From a virus: a stretch of DNA of 64,000 nt. The DNA lies in the IMG/VR virus record IMGVR_UViG_3300028563_000018, positions 8,873-72,872 of that record; one strand, given 5' to 3'. Made by a program: the position numbers and the translations under genes. Each line of letters begins with the position of its first letter. Within the stretch, counting starts at the first letter, position 1. The notes beneath the pieces were generated by a model. It was not told the origin of the DNA, did not search any database, and saw nothing but the letters and a program-made list of their open reading frames with translations. This document shows, piece by piece, positions 8,884-18,390 of this stretch.

Positions 8884-9509
8884 TCATCTTGGATTGCGAG
8901 ACAACAGGCCTTGACCCCAATGAAGATCTCATGCTCGAGATCGCGCTGCTGCACGTCACTGACGACCTGACGCGAGTGCTCAGTCGGTTCGACAGCCTCA
9001 TCAGGTTCGATTTCGCCTGGTGGGGTGGGCAGATCAACTCCCGCAAGACCGGCGAGCCGCATCCGGCACATGTCGTGATGGAGATGCACCAGAAGTCCGG
9101 CTTATGGGACGAGCTGGAGTTCACGAAGCACTCGGCGCCGCATCTGCGCACCGTCGAGGAGAGCATCTTCACCTGGTTAGACGACCAGGAGTCGCGCTTC
9201 GGCATCGAGGTCGCACAGGAACCACTCGTGGGTTCGACAATCTCGTTCGACCGGTCGTTCCTGAAGGTCCACATGCCTGATGTCGAGAAGCGGTTCCACT
9301 ACCGCAACATCGACGTGTCGAGCGTGAAGGAACTGACGCGCCGCTGGCGCGCGCCGGTGTACGCACACCTGCCGGAATCTCGCAAGATCCACCGAGCCGT
9401 GCCCGACTGTTACGACACGCTGAACGAACTTCTCTTCTACAAGCAGCGCGTGCTCGACCTACTGAGCACGCCGTACACGCCCTTCAAGCACGAATGGCCC
9501 GAGACGTGA
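8880..9509 (+). CDS. orn: oligoribonuclease (DEDDh exonuclease)
   Basis: LDCETTGLD, MHQKSGL, FHYRNIDVSSVKEL, HRA..D: Orn-type motifs. Confidence 0.88.
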   Translation: MIILDCETTGLDPNEDLMLEIALLHVTDDLTRVLSRFDSLIRFDFAWWGGQINSRKTGEPHPAHVVMEMHQKSGLWDELEFTKHSAPHLRTVEESIFTWLDDQESRFGIEVAQEPLVGSTISFDRSFLKVHMPDVEKRFHYRNIDVSSVKELTRRWRAPVYAHLPESRKIHRAVPDCYDTLNELLFYKQRVLDLLSTPYTPFKHEWPET

Positions 9510-9685
9510 GCGCGCCCTACGTCAATCGCATCGAGCACGTCGAGTGTGGTGTTGACGAGATCGACGCGAAGATTGCCGACTACCTGCGTGGCTGGCGACT
9601 GACGCACGTTGTGCCGCCGCTTGAAGGGCAGTCGACCGTCAGCAGGTGGCATCTTTTCTTTCAACGCGAGACGGAGGACGCGTGA
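9506..9685 (+). CDS. hypothetical protein
   Basis: GTGA coupling at both ends. Confidence 0.5.
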   Translation: MSAPYVNRIEHVECGVDEIDAKIADYLRGWRLTHVVPPLEGQSTVSRWHLFFQRETEDA

Positions 9686-9852
9686 CGACCGTCGCGGAAC
9701 TCATCCCCGGCCAAATCGTGTCGCACCTGTGGCCCGAGGTGCCGAATGGCATCAAGCGCGCAGTGTTCGTAGCGCGCACCGAACATCCGGTCTACCCGTC
9801 ACTGCAACTGCGACCTACAACGAATGGGCTCGCAGGAGACGCGTTCGCGTGA
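9682..9852 (+). CDS. hypothetical protein
   Basis: GGAGG RBS, GTGA coupling. Confidence 0.5.
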   Translation: MTTVAELIPGQIVSHLWPEVPNGIKRAVFVARTEHPVYPSLQLRPTTNGLAGDAFA

Positions 9853-10967
9853 AAACCGTCACCCTCGAAACGGCGACTCTCGCCGACGCGGTCATGCGGG
9901 CCGCGCGCGTTGCACCCACCAAGGGCGCGGCGTGGGACAAGGCCGCGGGCGTGCTCATTGAGGTCTACCCACAGAACGGTGGCACCTTGCGCGTCTCGGC
10001 CACCGACTTGGACGTCACCTACTACCAGCGCGTGCCCGTCGTCGAGGTGGGCGACGAGCCGGTGAAGTGGCGTGTGCCCTCTGCCCTTGCGTCTGGTTGG
10101 CTGTCGAACCTCCCGATGAGCGCGGGCAAGCAGATCGTGCTCACACAGACCGACGACGACAATCGATTGCAGATGAAGGCGGGAAGGTCCCGCACGAAGC
10201 TGCGCCTGCTCCCCGCAGAGTTCTTTCCCAAGATCACCCCCTTCGATCCGGCGCTTCTGGCCGACGTGCCGCATTTCGCACGACGGGTCGAGCAGGTCGA
10301 GTGGTGCACTCGCAAGGAACCCGGCGCTCTCGCTGGTGTGTATTTCGACGGCGACGAACTGATCGCCTGTGACGGTGTGCGGTTCGTGACGATGCCGCTG
10401 GTCTGTCCGGTGCCGAGCGACGACCAAGGCCGTCCTAGCCCGTTCAGCGTGCCCCTCGGCTCACTGGTGAACGTGATGCGGAACGCCGACGACGTGAAGC
10501 TGCGCGTCACCGACCGGCGACTGGAAATCATGCCGGATCCCGACATTCAACTCACGGCAAGTCTCTACGCCGAACCGTATCCAGATGTGCGACGGCTGAC
10601 CGCCGGCATTGTGCTCGAGCACGAGCTCACGTTCTCGCGGGAGCAACTTCTCGATGCGCTCCAGCGCATGCTGGTTCTCGTGAAGACCGAGCGTTACCCG
10701 AAGGTCACGTGCTCGTTCCACAAGGACACTCTCGAAATGAAGATGGTGCTTCCCGAAGTGGGGGAGACCGAAGACGAGATCGACGTGACCGACGGTCCCG
10801 AGACGCCGTTCCAGATCTTCTTCAACCCGACGAACCTTCTGGGCGTCGTGCAGAACGCCGCGCGCGAGAGCTTGCACCTGCATTTTGAACCCAACGCAGC
10901 GAAGCCAGTGAAGTTCACGGACGAGAGCGGGTTCACCGCCTGGCTGATGCCAATGGAGGTTGCGTGA
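9849..10967 (+). CDS. dnaN: DNA polymerase III beta sliding clamp
   Basis: About 372 aa; SATDLD, ACDGVR, YPDV, FNPTNL and terminal LMPM match the beta-clamp pattern. Confidence 0.88.
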   Translation: MKTVTLETATLADAVMRAARVAPTKGAAWDKAAGVLIEVYPQNGGTLRVSATDLDVTYYQRVPVVEVGDEPVKWRVPSALASGWLSNLPMSAGKQIVLTQTDDDNRLQMKAGRSRTKLRLLPAEFFPKITPFDPALLADVPHFARRVEQVEWCTRKEPGALAGVYFDGDELIACDGVRFVTMPLVCPVPSDDQGRPSPFSVPLGSLVNVMRNADDVKLRVTDRRLEIMPDPDIQLTASLYAEPYPDVRRLTAGIVLEHELTFSREQLLDALQRMLVLVKTERYPKVTCSFHKDTLEMKMVLPEVGETEDEIDVTDGPETPFQIFFNPTNLLGVVQNAARESLHLHFEPNAAKPVKFTDESGFTAWLMPMEVA

Positions 10968-11191
10968 TGGCCGCAATCAACCTCAATGCCGAAGACGAAC
11001 GTGTCATCGTTGCGGCCCTTGAAGGCTATGCGCGACACCTCGGGGCGCGCCGGGCGAAGCTGGAGCAAGACGCCACCGACGTGGCGCCGCTCACCGGCGT
11101 CCTGAACAACCTCGCGCGCGACCAGGAACGGTCAGCGCGGATCGCACGCGTGATTCGGGAGTGGCGTGCAAGCGCTGATCGCACGTCATGA
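10967..11191 (+). CDS. hypothetical protein
   Basis: GGAGG RBS; coupled start at 10964 or 10967. Confidence 0.55.
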   Translation: MAAINLNAEDERVIVAALEGYARHLGARRAKLEQDATDVAPLTGVLNNLARDQERSARIARVIREWRASADRTS

Positions 11192-11376
11192 ACGAACCGT
11201 CTCTCGCCGCAGCGAAAGCACGCGCCATCCGACGCGTGCAAGCCAACCACTGGGACGAGTTCCTACGCGAGATGCGTGTGCTCGGGTGGGAGTACACGCC
11301 CGACTTCACTGGGCCACCCGGAACAACCATGAAGCAGTGGCACAAGGTCGAGGAGCAGGAGCGAGTGAATGCCTGA
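11188..11376 (+). CDS. hypothetical protein
   Basis: ATGA coupling. Confidence 0.5.
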   Translation: MNEPSLAAAKARAIRRVQANHWDEFLREMRVLGWEYTPDFTGPPGTTMKQWHKVEEQERVNA

Positions 11377-11497
11377 CGAAATCCCGATGGTTGAGCAGAC
11401 CTGGGAACTCCCTTGCGGGTGTGTCGGCAGCTTCGGCCCCGACGCCCAGACATGCGATCACGAGTGCCACTGGATCCATCGGATGGTGTTCGCATGA
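11369..11497 (+). CDS. small Cys/His peptide
   Basis: 42-aa ORF (PCGC...CDHECH) fills the gap; AGGAG RBS; coupled to next gene. Confidence 0.4.
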   Translation: MPDEIPMVEQTWELPCGCVGSFGPDAQTCDHECHWIHRMVFA

Positions 11498-11688
11498 GGC
11501 ACTTGCAGTACGTCGAGCCGACGATCGCCCGCGCGCTCCTGACGCTCATGGAGAACGACGGGACCGTGATCAAGACCTACGACTCACCTCGTTCGTTCCT
11601 GCGCATCGAGCACGACGGTCGCATGTTCCGACTGAACGGTCAGGACCGCGAGACGTTGGAGCACGTGTATCTACCGGAGGTCGTGTGA
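11494..11688 (+). CDS. hypothetical protein
   Basis: ATGA coupling. Confidence 0.5.
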   Translation: MRHLQYVEPTIARALLTLMENDGTVIKTYDSPRSFLRIEHDGRMFRLNGQDRETLEHVYLPEVV

Positions 11689-11939
11689 TGCAGCCAGCGA
11701 AGTTCGGTCCGGTCGGTGACCGCAATGCTCCTGTCGACCTTCACTTCCACGTGACGCTCACGACGACAGCGACGCCCGAGAACCGACACAAGGTCATCGA
11801 GCGGTTCAACCGCGAGCTGGAACTCCAGTTCGGTTCAGCCATCACAGTCAAAGAGATGAAAGCAGCCCAAATCCAAGTGCCTATCGGGGGGAGCAGCCCA
11901 GACCATGCTGCAACAACTTCACGAAGAGATACTCACTGA
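11688..11939 (+). CDS. hypothetical protein
   Basis: GGAGG RBS, TGATG coupling. Confidence 0.55.
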   Translation: MQPAKFGPVGDRNAPVDLHFHVTLTTTATPENRHKVIERFNRELELQFGSAITVKEMKAAQIQVPIGGSSPDHAATTSRRDTH

Positions 11940-12288
11940 CCCTGACACAAACTCCTGGCAGCAGTACGGAGCCTGCCGCACGGTGACAACCCTTACCCTC
12001 GCTGATTTTTTCTTCGAGGGCCGGTTCAAGCCTGGATCTGAAAACGAGAAGGCTCACATCAGTCGACTGCGTGCTGTGTGCGCGTCGTGTCCGGTGAACG
12101 AAGAGTGCGACAACTGGGCGACCCGCAACCACGAGGCCGGGTACTGGGCGGGACTCACGGAAGACGATCGACGTAAGCGCAAGAGCCGACTCAAGCGTGA
12201 GCGGTGGCGAGCGTCCGACAAACAAAGGGAGAGAAGACGTGCTCAACGAGAAATGCTCGAGTTGTCGTTTCTTTCATCCGACGACTGA
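11905..12288 (+). CDS. whiB: WhiB-family transcription factor 1
   Basis: W...ACR...FF...CASCPV..EC...GYWAGLTEDDR. Confidence 0.88.
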   Translation: MLQQLHEEILTDPDTNSWQQYGACRTVTTLTLADFFFEGRFKPGSENEKAHISRLRAVCASCPVNEECDNWATRNHEAGYWAGLTEDDRRKRKSRLKRERWRASDKQRERRRAQREMLELSFLSSDD

Positions 12289-12472
12289 ACGACAGGGGGA
12301 GTGCCGGCTCGAGCCGCCGAGCGTGCACGTGATCATCCCGCCGGTTCCGGTCGGCGCGGCGGCGCTGATTCAGAACAGCCCTTCGCCGATCAACGTGTCG
12401 CAGTGGCCGATCGTGCAGCCCGACCAGTGGTGCGGGAAGTACGTCGTTCATCCCGACACGCCAGAGTTCTGA
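12239..12472 (+). CDS. hypothetical Cys-rich protein
   Basis: CSSCRFF...GECR..PP...WP.V...WCG, a common small phage pattern. Confidence 0.6.
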   Translation: MLNEKCSSCRFFHPTTERQGECRLEPPSVHVIIPPVPVGAAALIQNSPSPINVSQWPIVQPDQWCGKYVVHPDTPEF

Positions 12473-12870
12473 TGACCGTCGAAATCAAGGAGGAGGAACG
12501 ACGCACACTCGCCGAGCGTCTGCGCGAGCGCTACGGCGACGACATCGCGGATCGGATCCTGGCGCCAGGATGGATGGATGACGCGGTGCGGGAAGTACGG
12601 GATTCAAGCTCGACGGCGCGCGCTCGTTTCGACGACGCCGCGATGACGCGCACAGAAGCACTCCCTCGTCAGGAGATCGTGAAGCAGGTTGCGGCTGCAC
12701 GGTGGAAGTCACGGCGCGAGAACGAAGCGACGAGAGAGAAGACGCCTCTCCCGTCATGCCCGACGTGCGAGCCCGAGAAGTCTCAGGTTGTGCCGTGGAC
12801 TGGTGACGGCGTCGGCAACGTGACGACGTGGCACTGCATCTCGTGTCAGAGCTACTGGGAGGTGTCGTGA
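12472..12870 (+). CDS. hypothetical protein with C-terminal zinc ribbon
   Basis: TGATG coupling; CPTC...CISC. Confidence 0.6.
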   Translation: MTVEIKEEERRTLAERLRERYGDDIADRILAPGWMDDAVREVRDSSSTARARFDDAAMTRTEALPRQEIVKQVAAARWKSRRENEATREKTPLPSCPTCEPEKSQVVPWTGDGVGNVTTWHCISCQSYWEVS

Positions 12871-13008
12871 GGACAATCATGGCAACCGCAGAATCATTGG
12901 TCGCCACATCGTTACAGATGGTGCCGTCGCGATGATGATGCTCTCAATAGACGGCGACCGTCGCAAGTACATGATCGCACCGAGCGCCTACTTGAAGATG
13001 AAGATCGC

Positions 13009-13242
13009 ATGACGACGCGTCCCGAGAACGGTCACGACGATGGTCCCGACGGCGACAAGGTGCGGAACATCGTCTCTGGGTCCAACTGGACCGCGGTCTG
13101 TAGTCGCTGCCCATTCACGATCTCTCCGACCGATGAGCGCGGCCCTGCAATCGACGCCGCACAAACCCACGTCCGCGAAACCGGCCATGAGACGACATTC
13201 GTTGCCGAGATCACCTGGTCGTTGTCGAAGGTGGACCCGTGA
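13009..13242 (+). CDS. small zinc-binding protein
   Basis: CSRC...HxxxTGH. Confidence 0.55.
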   Translation: MTTRPENGHDDGPDGDKVRNIVSGSNWTAVCSRCPFTISPTDERGPAIDAAQTHVRETGHETTFVAEITWSLSKVDP

Positions 13243-13469
13243 CAACGACGTTCTTTGAGCGCGCCGCCTGCAAGGGTCTACCGACAGAAGTGTTCTTTCC
13301 TGAGCACGGACGCCGCGGCACAGAAGCCATCGCTGTGTGCAAGGTCTGCCCAGTGATCACCGACTGTCTTCGCTACCACGTCGCCGTCTCGGACGAAAGC
13401 AACGACGGCGGCGGCGTGTGGGGCGGCACGACCGAACGCGAGCGCAAGCGAATGAGGAGAAGCGCATGA
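13239..13469 (+). CDS. whiB: WhiB-family transcription factor 2
   Basis: AACKG...FFPE...CKVCPV..DC...GVWGGTTERER. Confidence 0.93.
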   Translation: MTTTFFERAACKGLPTEVFFPEHGRRGTEAIAVCKVCPVITDCLRYHVAVSDESNDGGGVWGGTTERERKRMRRSA

Positions 13470-13693
13470 CATTACGCGAGCCAGCCGAGGTCACAGTGCA
13501 GCACATCGCCTTTGGTTACACGTTGCGCTGGCGCAGGCTCAACAAAACTTATGATACTCCGTATTGGACTCCGTATTGGAAGTGGCTCCCCTCCAAGCGT
13601 TGGGCAAATTGGAGTGCACGACGTATCGCAGCGCGCCTCGATCGTCAGATCGATCGTCACTACAACGCGTTCTGGAAGGTTCGTGCATCATGA
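13466..13693 (+). CDS. hypothetical protein
   Basis: GAGGAG RBS; ATGA coupling at both ends. Confidence 0.55.
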   Translation: MTLREPAEVTVQHIAFGYTLRWRRLNKTYDTPYWTPYWKWLPSKRWANWSARRIAARLDRQIDRHYNAFWKVRAS

Positions 13694-14193
13694 TCACCCC
13701 GACGTTTTATCTCGTGAAGGGCGTTCAGCCTCAGCCGTGGACGGCGCCGACGTTTACGCGCGGTCGCAGTAAGACCGTCACGTTCAAGAATGGTCCGCTC
13801 GACATCTACCAACGTGCGCTCGCCGAGGCGATCCTCGACATCCGACCCGACGTCGTTCCCACCACCGAGGACATCGCGCTCGACCTGTGGATCTGGCGAG
13901 AGCTTGAGCAGTACGAAACCGAGAGCGGTCGCAAACAGACGACGCACCGCGCCGACCGGTCGAACATCCTGAAGGCCACCGAGGACGCGCTACAGAAGTC
14001 GAAAGAGGCGCTTCGTGGAATTCTCTTCTTGAATGACGTTCAAGTCGTGAGTGGAAACACCGTCATCGTTGAGCAGGAGATCGGCACAGAGCCGTGCGTG
14101 CTCGTCAAAATCGGACCACCCTCCTTCGGGATCGGACCCTTGGCGCGCGCGAACCTTGAAATTAACGGTAGATCGTGGGTAGAGATCTCATGA
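13690..14193 (+). CDS. rusA: RusA-like Holliday junction resolvase
   Basis: DRSNILKATEDAL...NDVQV matches the RusA D.DN..K...DAL...DD motif. Confidence 0.8.
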   Translation: MITPTFYLVKGVQPQPWTAPTFTRGRSKTVTFKNGPLDIYQRALAEAILDIRPDVVPTTEDIALDLWIWRELEQYETESGRKQTTHRADRSNILKATEDALQKSKEALRGILFLNDVQVVSGNTVIVEQEIGTEPCVLVKIGPPSFGIGPLARANLEINGRSWVEIS

Positions 14194-14888
14194 TCCAACA
14201 CGAGATTCGCCACGGCGACTGCCGTGAACTGATCAAGCGGATCGACGAGCCCGTTCAGTGCGTGATCACCGATCCGCCTTACGGCAAGAACTTCCTTTCG
14301 CACCGTGCCATCACTCCGCACGGCAAGACCTTCGCTCAGGAAATCGCCGGCGACGAAACGCTTGAGGGTGCCATCTCGCTGTTCAGCGAGACGATGGACC
14401 TGTTGCTCCCGAAGTGCAGTGACCCTTCCGAGCTCTACGTGTTCACGAACTACGACATCATCGACACGTGGCTGCCAGCAATCCGCGACCTCAAGCGGCA
14501 TGGATTCTCTTATAAAATGCTGCTTGTGTGGCAGAAGGGCGTCCCTGGTCAGGGAGATATCGATGCCTGCTGGGGATGCGGCCATGAGTTGATCATGTAC
14601 TGTAAGCGCGGGCGGCGCGACGTGCCGTTCCGACGCTCAGGCATCATCGCCGTGGACAAGGTTGCGAACATGCACCACATCCACAGTTCGGAAAAGCCCG
14701 TAGCTCTCATCGAGAAGCTCATCGAGATGAGCACCGATCCCGGCGACCTGGTGGTCGACCCGTTCAGCGGCTCGGGCAGCACGGTGCTTGCCGCTCGGAA
14801 CCTGGGCCGACGCGGACTCGGCATCGAACTCGACGAGAAGTATGTGCAGGGTTCGCGCAGGCGTCTAGAACAGAAGGTGTTTGGGTGA
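14190..14888 (+). CDS. DNA N6-adenine/N4-cytosine methyltransferase (beta class)
   Basis: TDPPY precedes HSSEKP and DPFSGSGST. Confidence 0.93.
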   Translation: MIQHEIRHGDCRELIKRIDEPVQCVITDPPYGKNFLSHRAITPHGKTFAQEIAGDETLEGAISLFSETMDLLLPKCSDPSELYVFTNYDIIDTWLPAIRDLKRHGFSYKMLLVWQKGVPGQGDIDACWGCGHELIMYCKRGRRDVPFRRSGIIAVDKVANMHHIHSSEKPVALIEKLIEMSTDPGDLVVDPFSGSGSTVLAARNLGRRGLGIELDEKYVQGSRRRLEQKVFG

Positions 14889-15040
14889 ATGAGGAACGCA
14901 AGCTCCTGATCGCCATCCTCAAAGAGATGGAAGCGACCAGGGGTTGGTACTTCCGATGCCTTCAGCCGCACAGCAAGTCCATCGCGGCTGCGCGGAAGTT
15001 CTTGAAGCGTCGCGCTGACCGGGAATACAGATACGAATAA
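14885..15040 (+). CDS. small hypothetical protein
   Basis: GTGA coupling; 51 aa. Confidence 0.45.
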   Translation: MNEERKLLIAILKEMEATRGWYFRCLQPHSKSIAAARKFLKRRADREYRYE

Positions 15041-15058
15041 AAGACCCCCCCACCAGCT
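15038..15058 (+). promoter_or_regulatory. AAAGAYCC-N7-AGCT motif, copy B
   Basis: TAAAAGACCC-CCCCACC-AGCT upstream of WhiB 3. Confidence 0.45.
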
Positions 15059-15094
15059 TCAAAGTCTAAACACGATTCTGACACGCTTTCTGCG

Positions 15095-15484
15095 GTGCCC
15101 CCGCAGGACCCGCAAAGACAGCAAATTGCGCGGTTCTTCACGTTCGACGACAAGGATCGCGAATGGCGAGAACGTGCGCTCTGTCGAACTCTCGACATGC
15201 CCGTTGCCGAAAGGGTGAGGCTCTTCTTTCCTGTACGCGGCTCAGCGCAGAAAGAAGCCAAGGCGATCTGCGCCGCGTGCCCGGTCAAACGCGAGTGCCG
15301 GGCGTACGCCGAAAAGTCGAAGTCCTACTACGGGATCTGGGGCGGCGAAGCTCGACCGCACTTCGTGCAGCGGGAAAAAGTTGCTTCCCCGTCGGAGACG
15401 CTGACACTGGTGTTCGGCGATGAGCCAGACAAGTCTGGACAATGGCGCCTGCCAGCACTTGAACGCTTCTACCGCGGCGAATGA
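15095..15484 (+). CDS. whiB: WhiB-family transcription factor 3
   Basis: WRERALCR...FFP...AKAICAACPVKRECR...YGIWGG. Confidence 0.9.
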   Translation: MPPQDPQRQQIARFFTFDDKDREWRERALCRTLDMPVAERVRLFFPVRGSAQKEAKAICAACPVKRECRAYAEKSKSYYGIWGGEARPHFVQREKVASPSETLTLVFGDEPDKSGQWRLPALERFYRGE

Positions 15485-15487
15485 GCA

Positions 15488-16642
15488 ATGAAGCTGCGAA
15501 CGCTTTCGGCTAGCGCGGCGGATTGCTATGAGTCGTGCCCGGCGCGCTACAAGGCGCAGTACCAGGGCGAACGCGTTCAGGAAGTCGCATCCGGCGCGGC
15601 GGATATCGGGACGGCCTGTCATGAAGCGCTCGAGCTGTTCGTCCAGGAGATGATCCACGCAGGCCAACCTGCCGGAGAACCGCGTCTGAAGGAACTTCTC
15701 GAGTACTTCAACACCGCCTACTGGAAGCTCTTCACAGATCGCGAACGCTACGACGAAGGCGTCGCCATGCTGAAGACCTGGCACGCCCGCATGGACTGGA
15801 CTGGGCGCACCGTCTTGTCGACCGAGACGAAAGAGTTCTTCCCACTCCCGACGTCGATAGGCGACGTGCGGGTGAACTACATCTACGACCGACTCGATCA
15901 ACACGCCGACGGCACGGTCGAAGTCATCGACTACAAGACGGTGTCGCAGCCGATTCAGCCGGGCGAGCTCAAGCACCGGATCCAACCGCGGCTCTATGCC
16001 CTGGCCGCAGCGATCAAGTTCCCCGACGCACCGAAGATCAAGGTCACGCTCGACCTCCTGCGCTACGACCAGGTCGGCACCGTGTTCACGCGCGACGACA
16101 ACGTCACGACGTGGAAGTACCTCAAACACCTGGCCGAGCGCATCATCGCCGACAACACCGCGAAGGAGCGCGTCAATGCTGACTGTCGTTGGTGCATCCG
16201 ACGTGATATCTGTGCGTCTCTTCGTAGGCACGTTGCCATCGGAGGACCCCTTTCCTTGGACGACCCCGTCGCAGCAGTCGATCTTCGCCGCGAGCTTGTC
16301 GATCAAAAGTCTGCCATCGGCAAAGTCCTCGACGACATCGACGACTACCTGATCGACTGGGCGCGCGAGCACGACACGCTCGTCCTGGAAACTGACCAGA
16401 CGGTCATGGAGATCGGGGCGCGCCAGACCCGCGGAATTGACGCCGAGCGCGCCGCCCAGGTCATCGGTGCCGAGATTGTTGCTCGCCACGGATCTTTGAC
16501 AATGACCGAAGTCGACCGTTTGCTCAAAGGGTCGGAACTGAGCGACGAGCAGAAGATGTCGTTGCGCGCACTGATCACGCGCAACTACGGCTCGCCAAGC
16601 GTCAAGACGAAGTCTAAGCCTGCTCACGAGAGGAATCCATGA
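15488..16642 (+). CDS. RecB-like PD-(D/E)XK exonuclease
   Basis: SAS...CP, GTACH, YDRLD...IDYKT, Q..LYAL, CRWC....IC. Confidence 0.88.
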   Translation: MKLRTLSASAADCYESCPARYKAQYQGERVQEVASGAADIGTACHEALELFVQEMIHAGQPAGEPRLKELLEYFNTAYWKLFTDRERYDEGVAMLKTWHARMDWTGRTVLSTETKEFFPLPTSIGDVRVNYIYDRLDQHADGTVEVIDYKTVSQPIQPGELKHRIQPRLYALAAAIKFPDAPKIKVTLDLLRYDQVGTVFTRDDNVTTWKYLKHLAERIIADNTAKERVNADCRWCIRRDICASLRRHVAIGGPLSLDDPVAAVDLRRELVDQKSAIGKVLDDIDDYLIDWAREHDTLVLETDQTVMEIGARQTRGIDAERAAQVIGAEIVARHGSLTMTEVDRLLKGSELSDEQKMSLRALITRNYGSPSVKTKSKPAHERNP

Positions 16643-17505
16643 GAGTCGCAGTCTCCGGTGGCGCAGGCTTCTTGGGCCGTGCCACCGTCAATCGCCTCCA
16701 CGGGCTGGGTCACGACACGCTCTCGATCGACCGATCTACTGACGGCCACAACGCCGAGGACCGGTGGGCCTTCGACGTACGCAACGCCGAGGCGATGATG
16801 AAGGCAATCGACGGCTGCGACGCCGTGATTCACCTGGCGGGCGTGCTCGGAACGTCGGAACTGTTCGACACGCCCGAACTCGCGATCGACGTGAACGTGC
16901 ACGGCACGCTGAACGTCCTACGTGCGTGCGTGGCTGCCGGAGCGACCTACACCGGCATCGCAATGCCGCCGGTCTTCCCGTCGATCTACACAGCCACCAA
17001 GGTCTGTGCGACACGACTGGCGTCGGCGTTCCACAACAAGTATGAGCTGCCGGTGTCGCACGTGAAGGCCTTCAACGCCTTCGGCCCCGGCCAGGCGCAC
17101 GGACACGGACACCCGCGCAAGATCGTTCCGGCGTTCTCGGTGGAAGCGTGGCAACGCAAGCCGTTGACGATCTGGGGTGATGGCGAGCAGACGGTCGACC
17201 TCATCCACACCGATGATCTTGCTCACCTGCTTGTCGACGCGATCGGCTTTGGCAACGACGAGACCTTCGACGGCGGTACCGGTACCTCGATGACGGTCAA
17301 CGAGGTGGCCCGCTGGGTGAACATGGTAGCGATGAACCAGCACAGCGGCGTGCAACACATGCCGATGCGCCCTGGCGAGATTCCGACGAAGATCCAAGCG
17401 CAGGGTGAGGGTTGGGATCTCCTCGACTGGCGACCGCGTCTTCAGATGCAGTCGTTCGCTGACGCGGTGTTGTCGTACAAAGAGCTTGCCGAGCGCAGCG
17501 CGTGA
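16639..17505 (+). CDS. NAD-dependent sugar-nucleotide epimerase/dehydratase
   Basis: GGAGFLG, IHLAG, YxxxK (YTATK), FNAFGPGQ, WGDGEQT. Confidence 0.93.
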   Translation: MRVAVSGGAGFLGRATVNRLHGLGHDTLSIDRSTDGHNAEDRWAFDVRNAEAMMKAIDGCDAVIHLAGVLGTSELFDTPELAIDVNVHGTLNVLRACVAAGATYTGIAMPPVFPSIYTATKVCATRLASAFHNKYELPVSHVKAFNAFGPGQAHGHGHPRKIVPAFSVEAWQRKPLTIWGDGEQTVDLIHTDDLAHLLVDAIGFGNDETFDGGTGTSMTVNEVARWVNMVAMNQHSGVQHMPMRPGEIPTKIQAQGEGWDLLDWRPRLQMQSFADAVLSYKELAERSA

Positions 17506-18170
17506 AGCTCGCCATCTACACCGCAAACTTCGGCGGCATCGACACGTTCCACACACTGGCTGACCTCCCGAAGAGTGACCTGTACGACCGGGTGCTCTTC
17601 ACTGATGACCAGACCTGTCGCTGGCGAGCAAACGAACTGGCCGACCACGTCTTCGTCGTCCCGCCACAAGCCAACCCGCGCCTCCAGGCCAAAGCCTTCA
17701 AATGTCAACTCCACTCGTTGCAGCATCACGTCTCGATCTGGGTCGACAGTTCGGCGGTCATTCCGGACGGGGAAGCGCTCGTCCGGATGGCGCTCGAGCA
17801 CCTGCCGTTCGGACTCTGGGCGCACCCGGATCGCACGAATATCTACGACGAACTCAAGCTCTCGGAGACCCTCCCGAAATACCAAGATCAAGTGCAGGAA
17901 ATGAAAGACATGGTCGCCGACTACGAACGCTACGGCTTTCCGGTGCACCGCGGCCCGCTCTATGCCTCGGGTGTGATCGTTCGCGATCACCGCGATCCCG
18001 TCGTGAACGCTGCGATAGCGCGTTGGTGGCGCGAGATCACCCACTGGGGCGTGACGCAAGATCAGCTTTCCCTTCCCGTCGCACTGGAAGATGTTTCCGT
18101 TTCGACCTTCCCGCAGAACCTCTGGACCAACGACTGGGTCCAGTGGGCCGGCCATAACCATCAGAGGTGA
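17502..18170 (+). CDS. glycosyltransferase, DUF616/TOD1-like
   Basis: IYTANFGG.D, SIWVD, HPDR.NIYDE, QDQLS. Confidence 0.8.
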   Translation: MKLAIYTANFGGIDTFHTLADLPKSDLYDRVLFTDDQTCRWRANELADHVFVVPPQANPRLQAKAFKCQLHSLQHHVSIWVDSSAVIPDGEALVRMALEHLPFGLWAHPDRTNIYDELKLSETLPKYQDQVQEMKDMVADYERYGFPVHRGPLYASGVIVRDHRDPVVNAAIARWWREITHWGVTQDQLSLPVALEDVSVSTFPQNLWTNDWVQWAGHNHQR

Positions 18171-18174
18171 GCAC

Positions 18175-18390
18175 TTGCGAAGATTCCAGCTAGAGCGAGA
18201 TGAGGATGAAACCGGTGTATCCGGCGAAGGCATCGTCGCTTGGGGTATCGAGTTCCCTGACGGCGTGTGCGTGACGCGCTGGTGCGTGACCGACATTCGT
18301 CAGACGTGCGTGTGGGCCTCGATGACCGACATCGAATACGTGCACGGTCACGGCGGCAAGACGCGCATCGTCTACTTGGATGTAGCATGA
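18175..18390 (+). CDS. hypothetical protein
   Basis: GAGGTG RBS plus TTG; DETGVSG.G.VA.G..F.DG...HGHGG pattern seen in actinophages. Confidence 0.65.
   Translation: MRRFQLERDEDETGVSGEGIVAWGIEFPDGVCVTRWCVTDIRQTCVWASMTDIEYVHGHGGKTRIVYLDVA

Noticed and set aside
13556-13579. 12-bp duplication encoding TPYW twice
   Set aside because: Short in-frame slippage with no sign of function
15488-16642. Cas4-like nuclease as evidence of CRISPR
   Set aside because: No array or other cas genes; stand-alone RecB-like nucleases are common in phages
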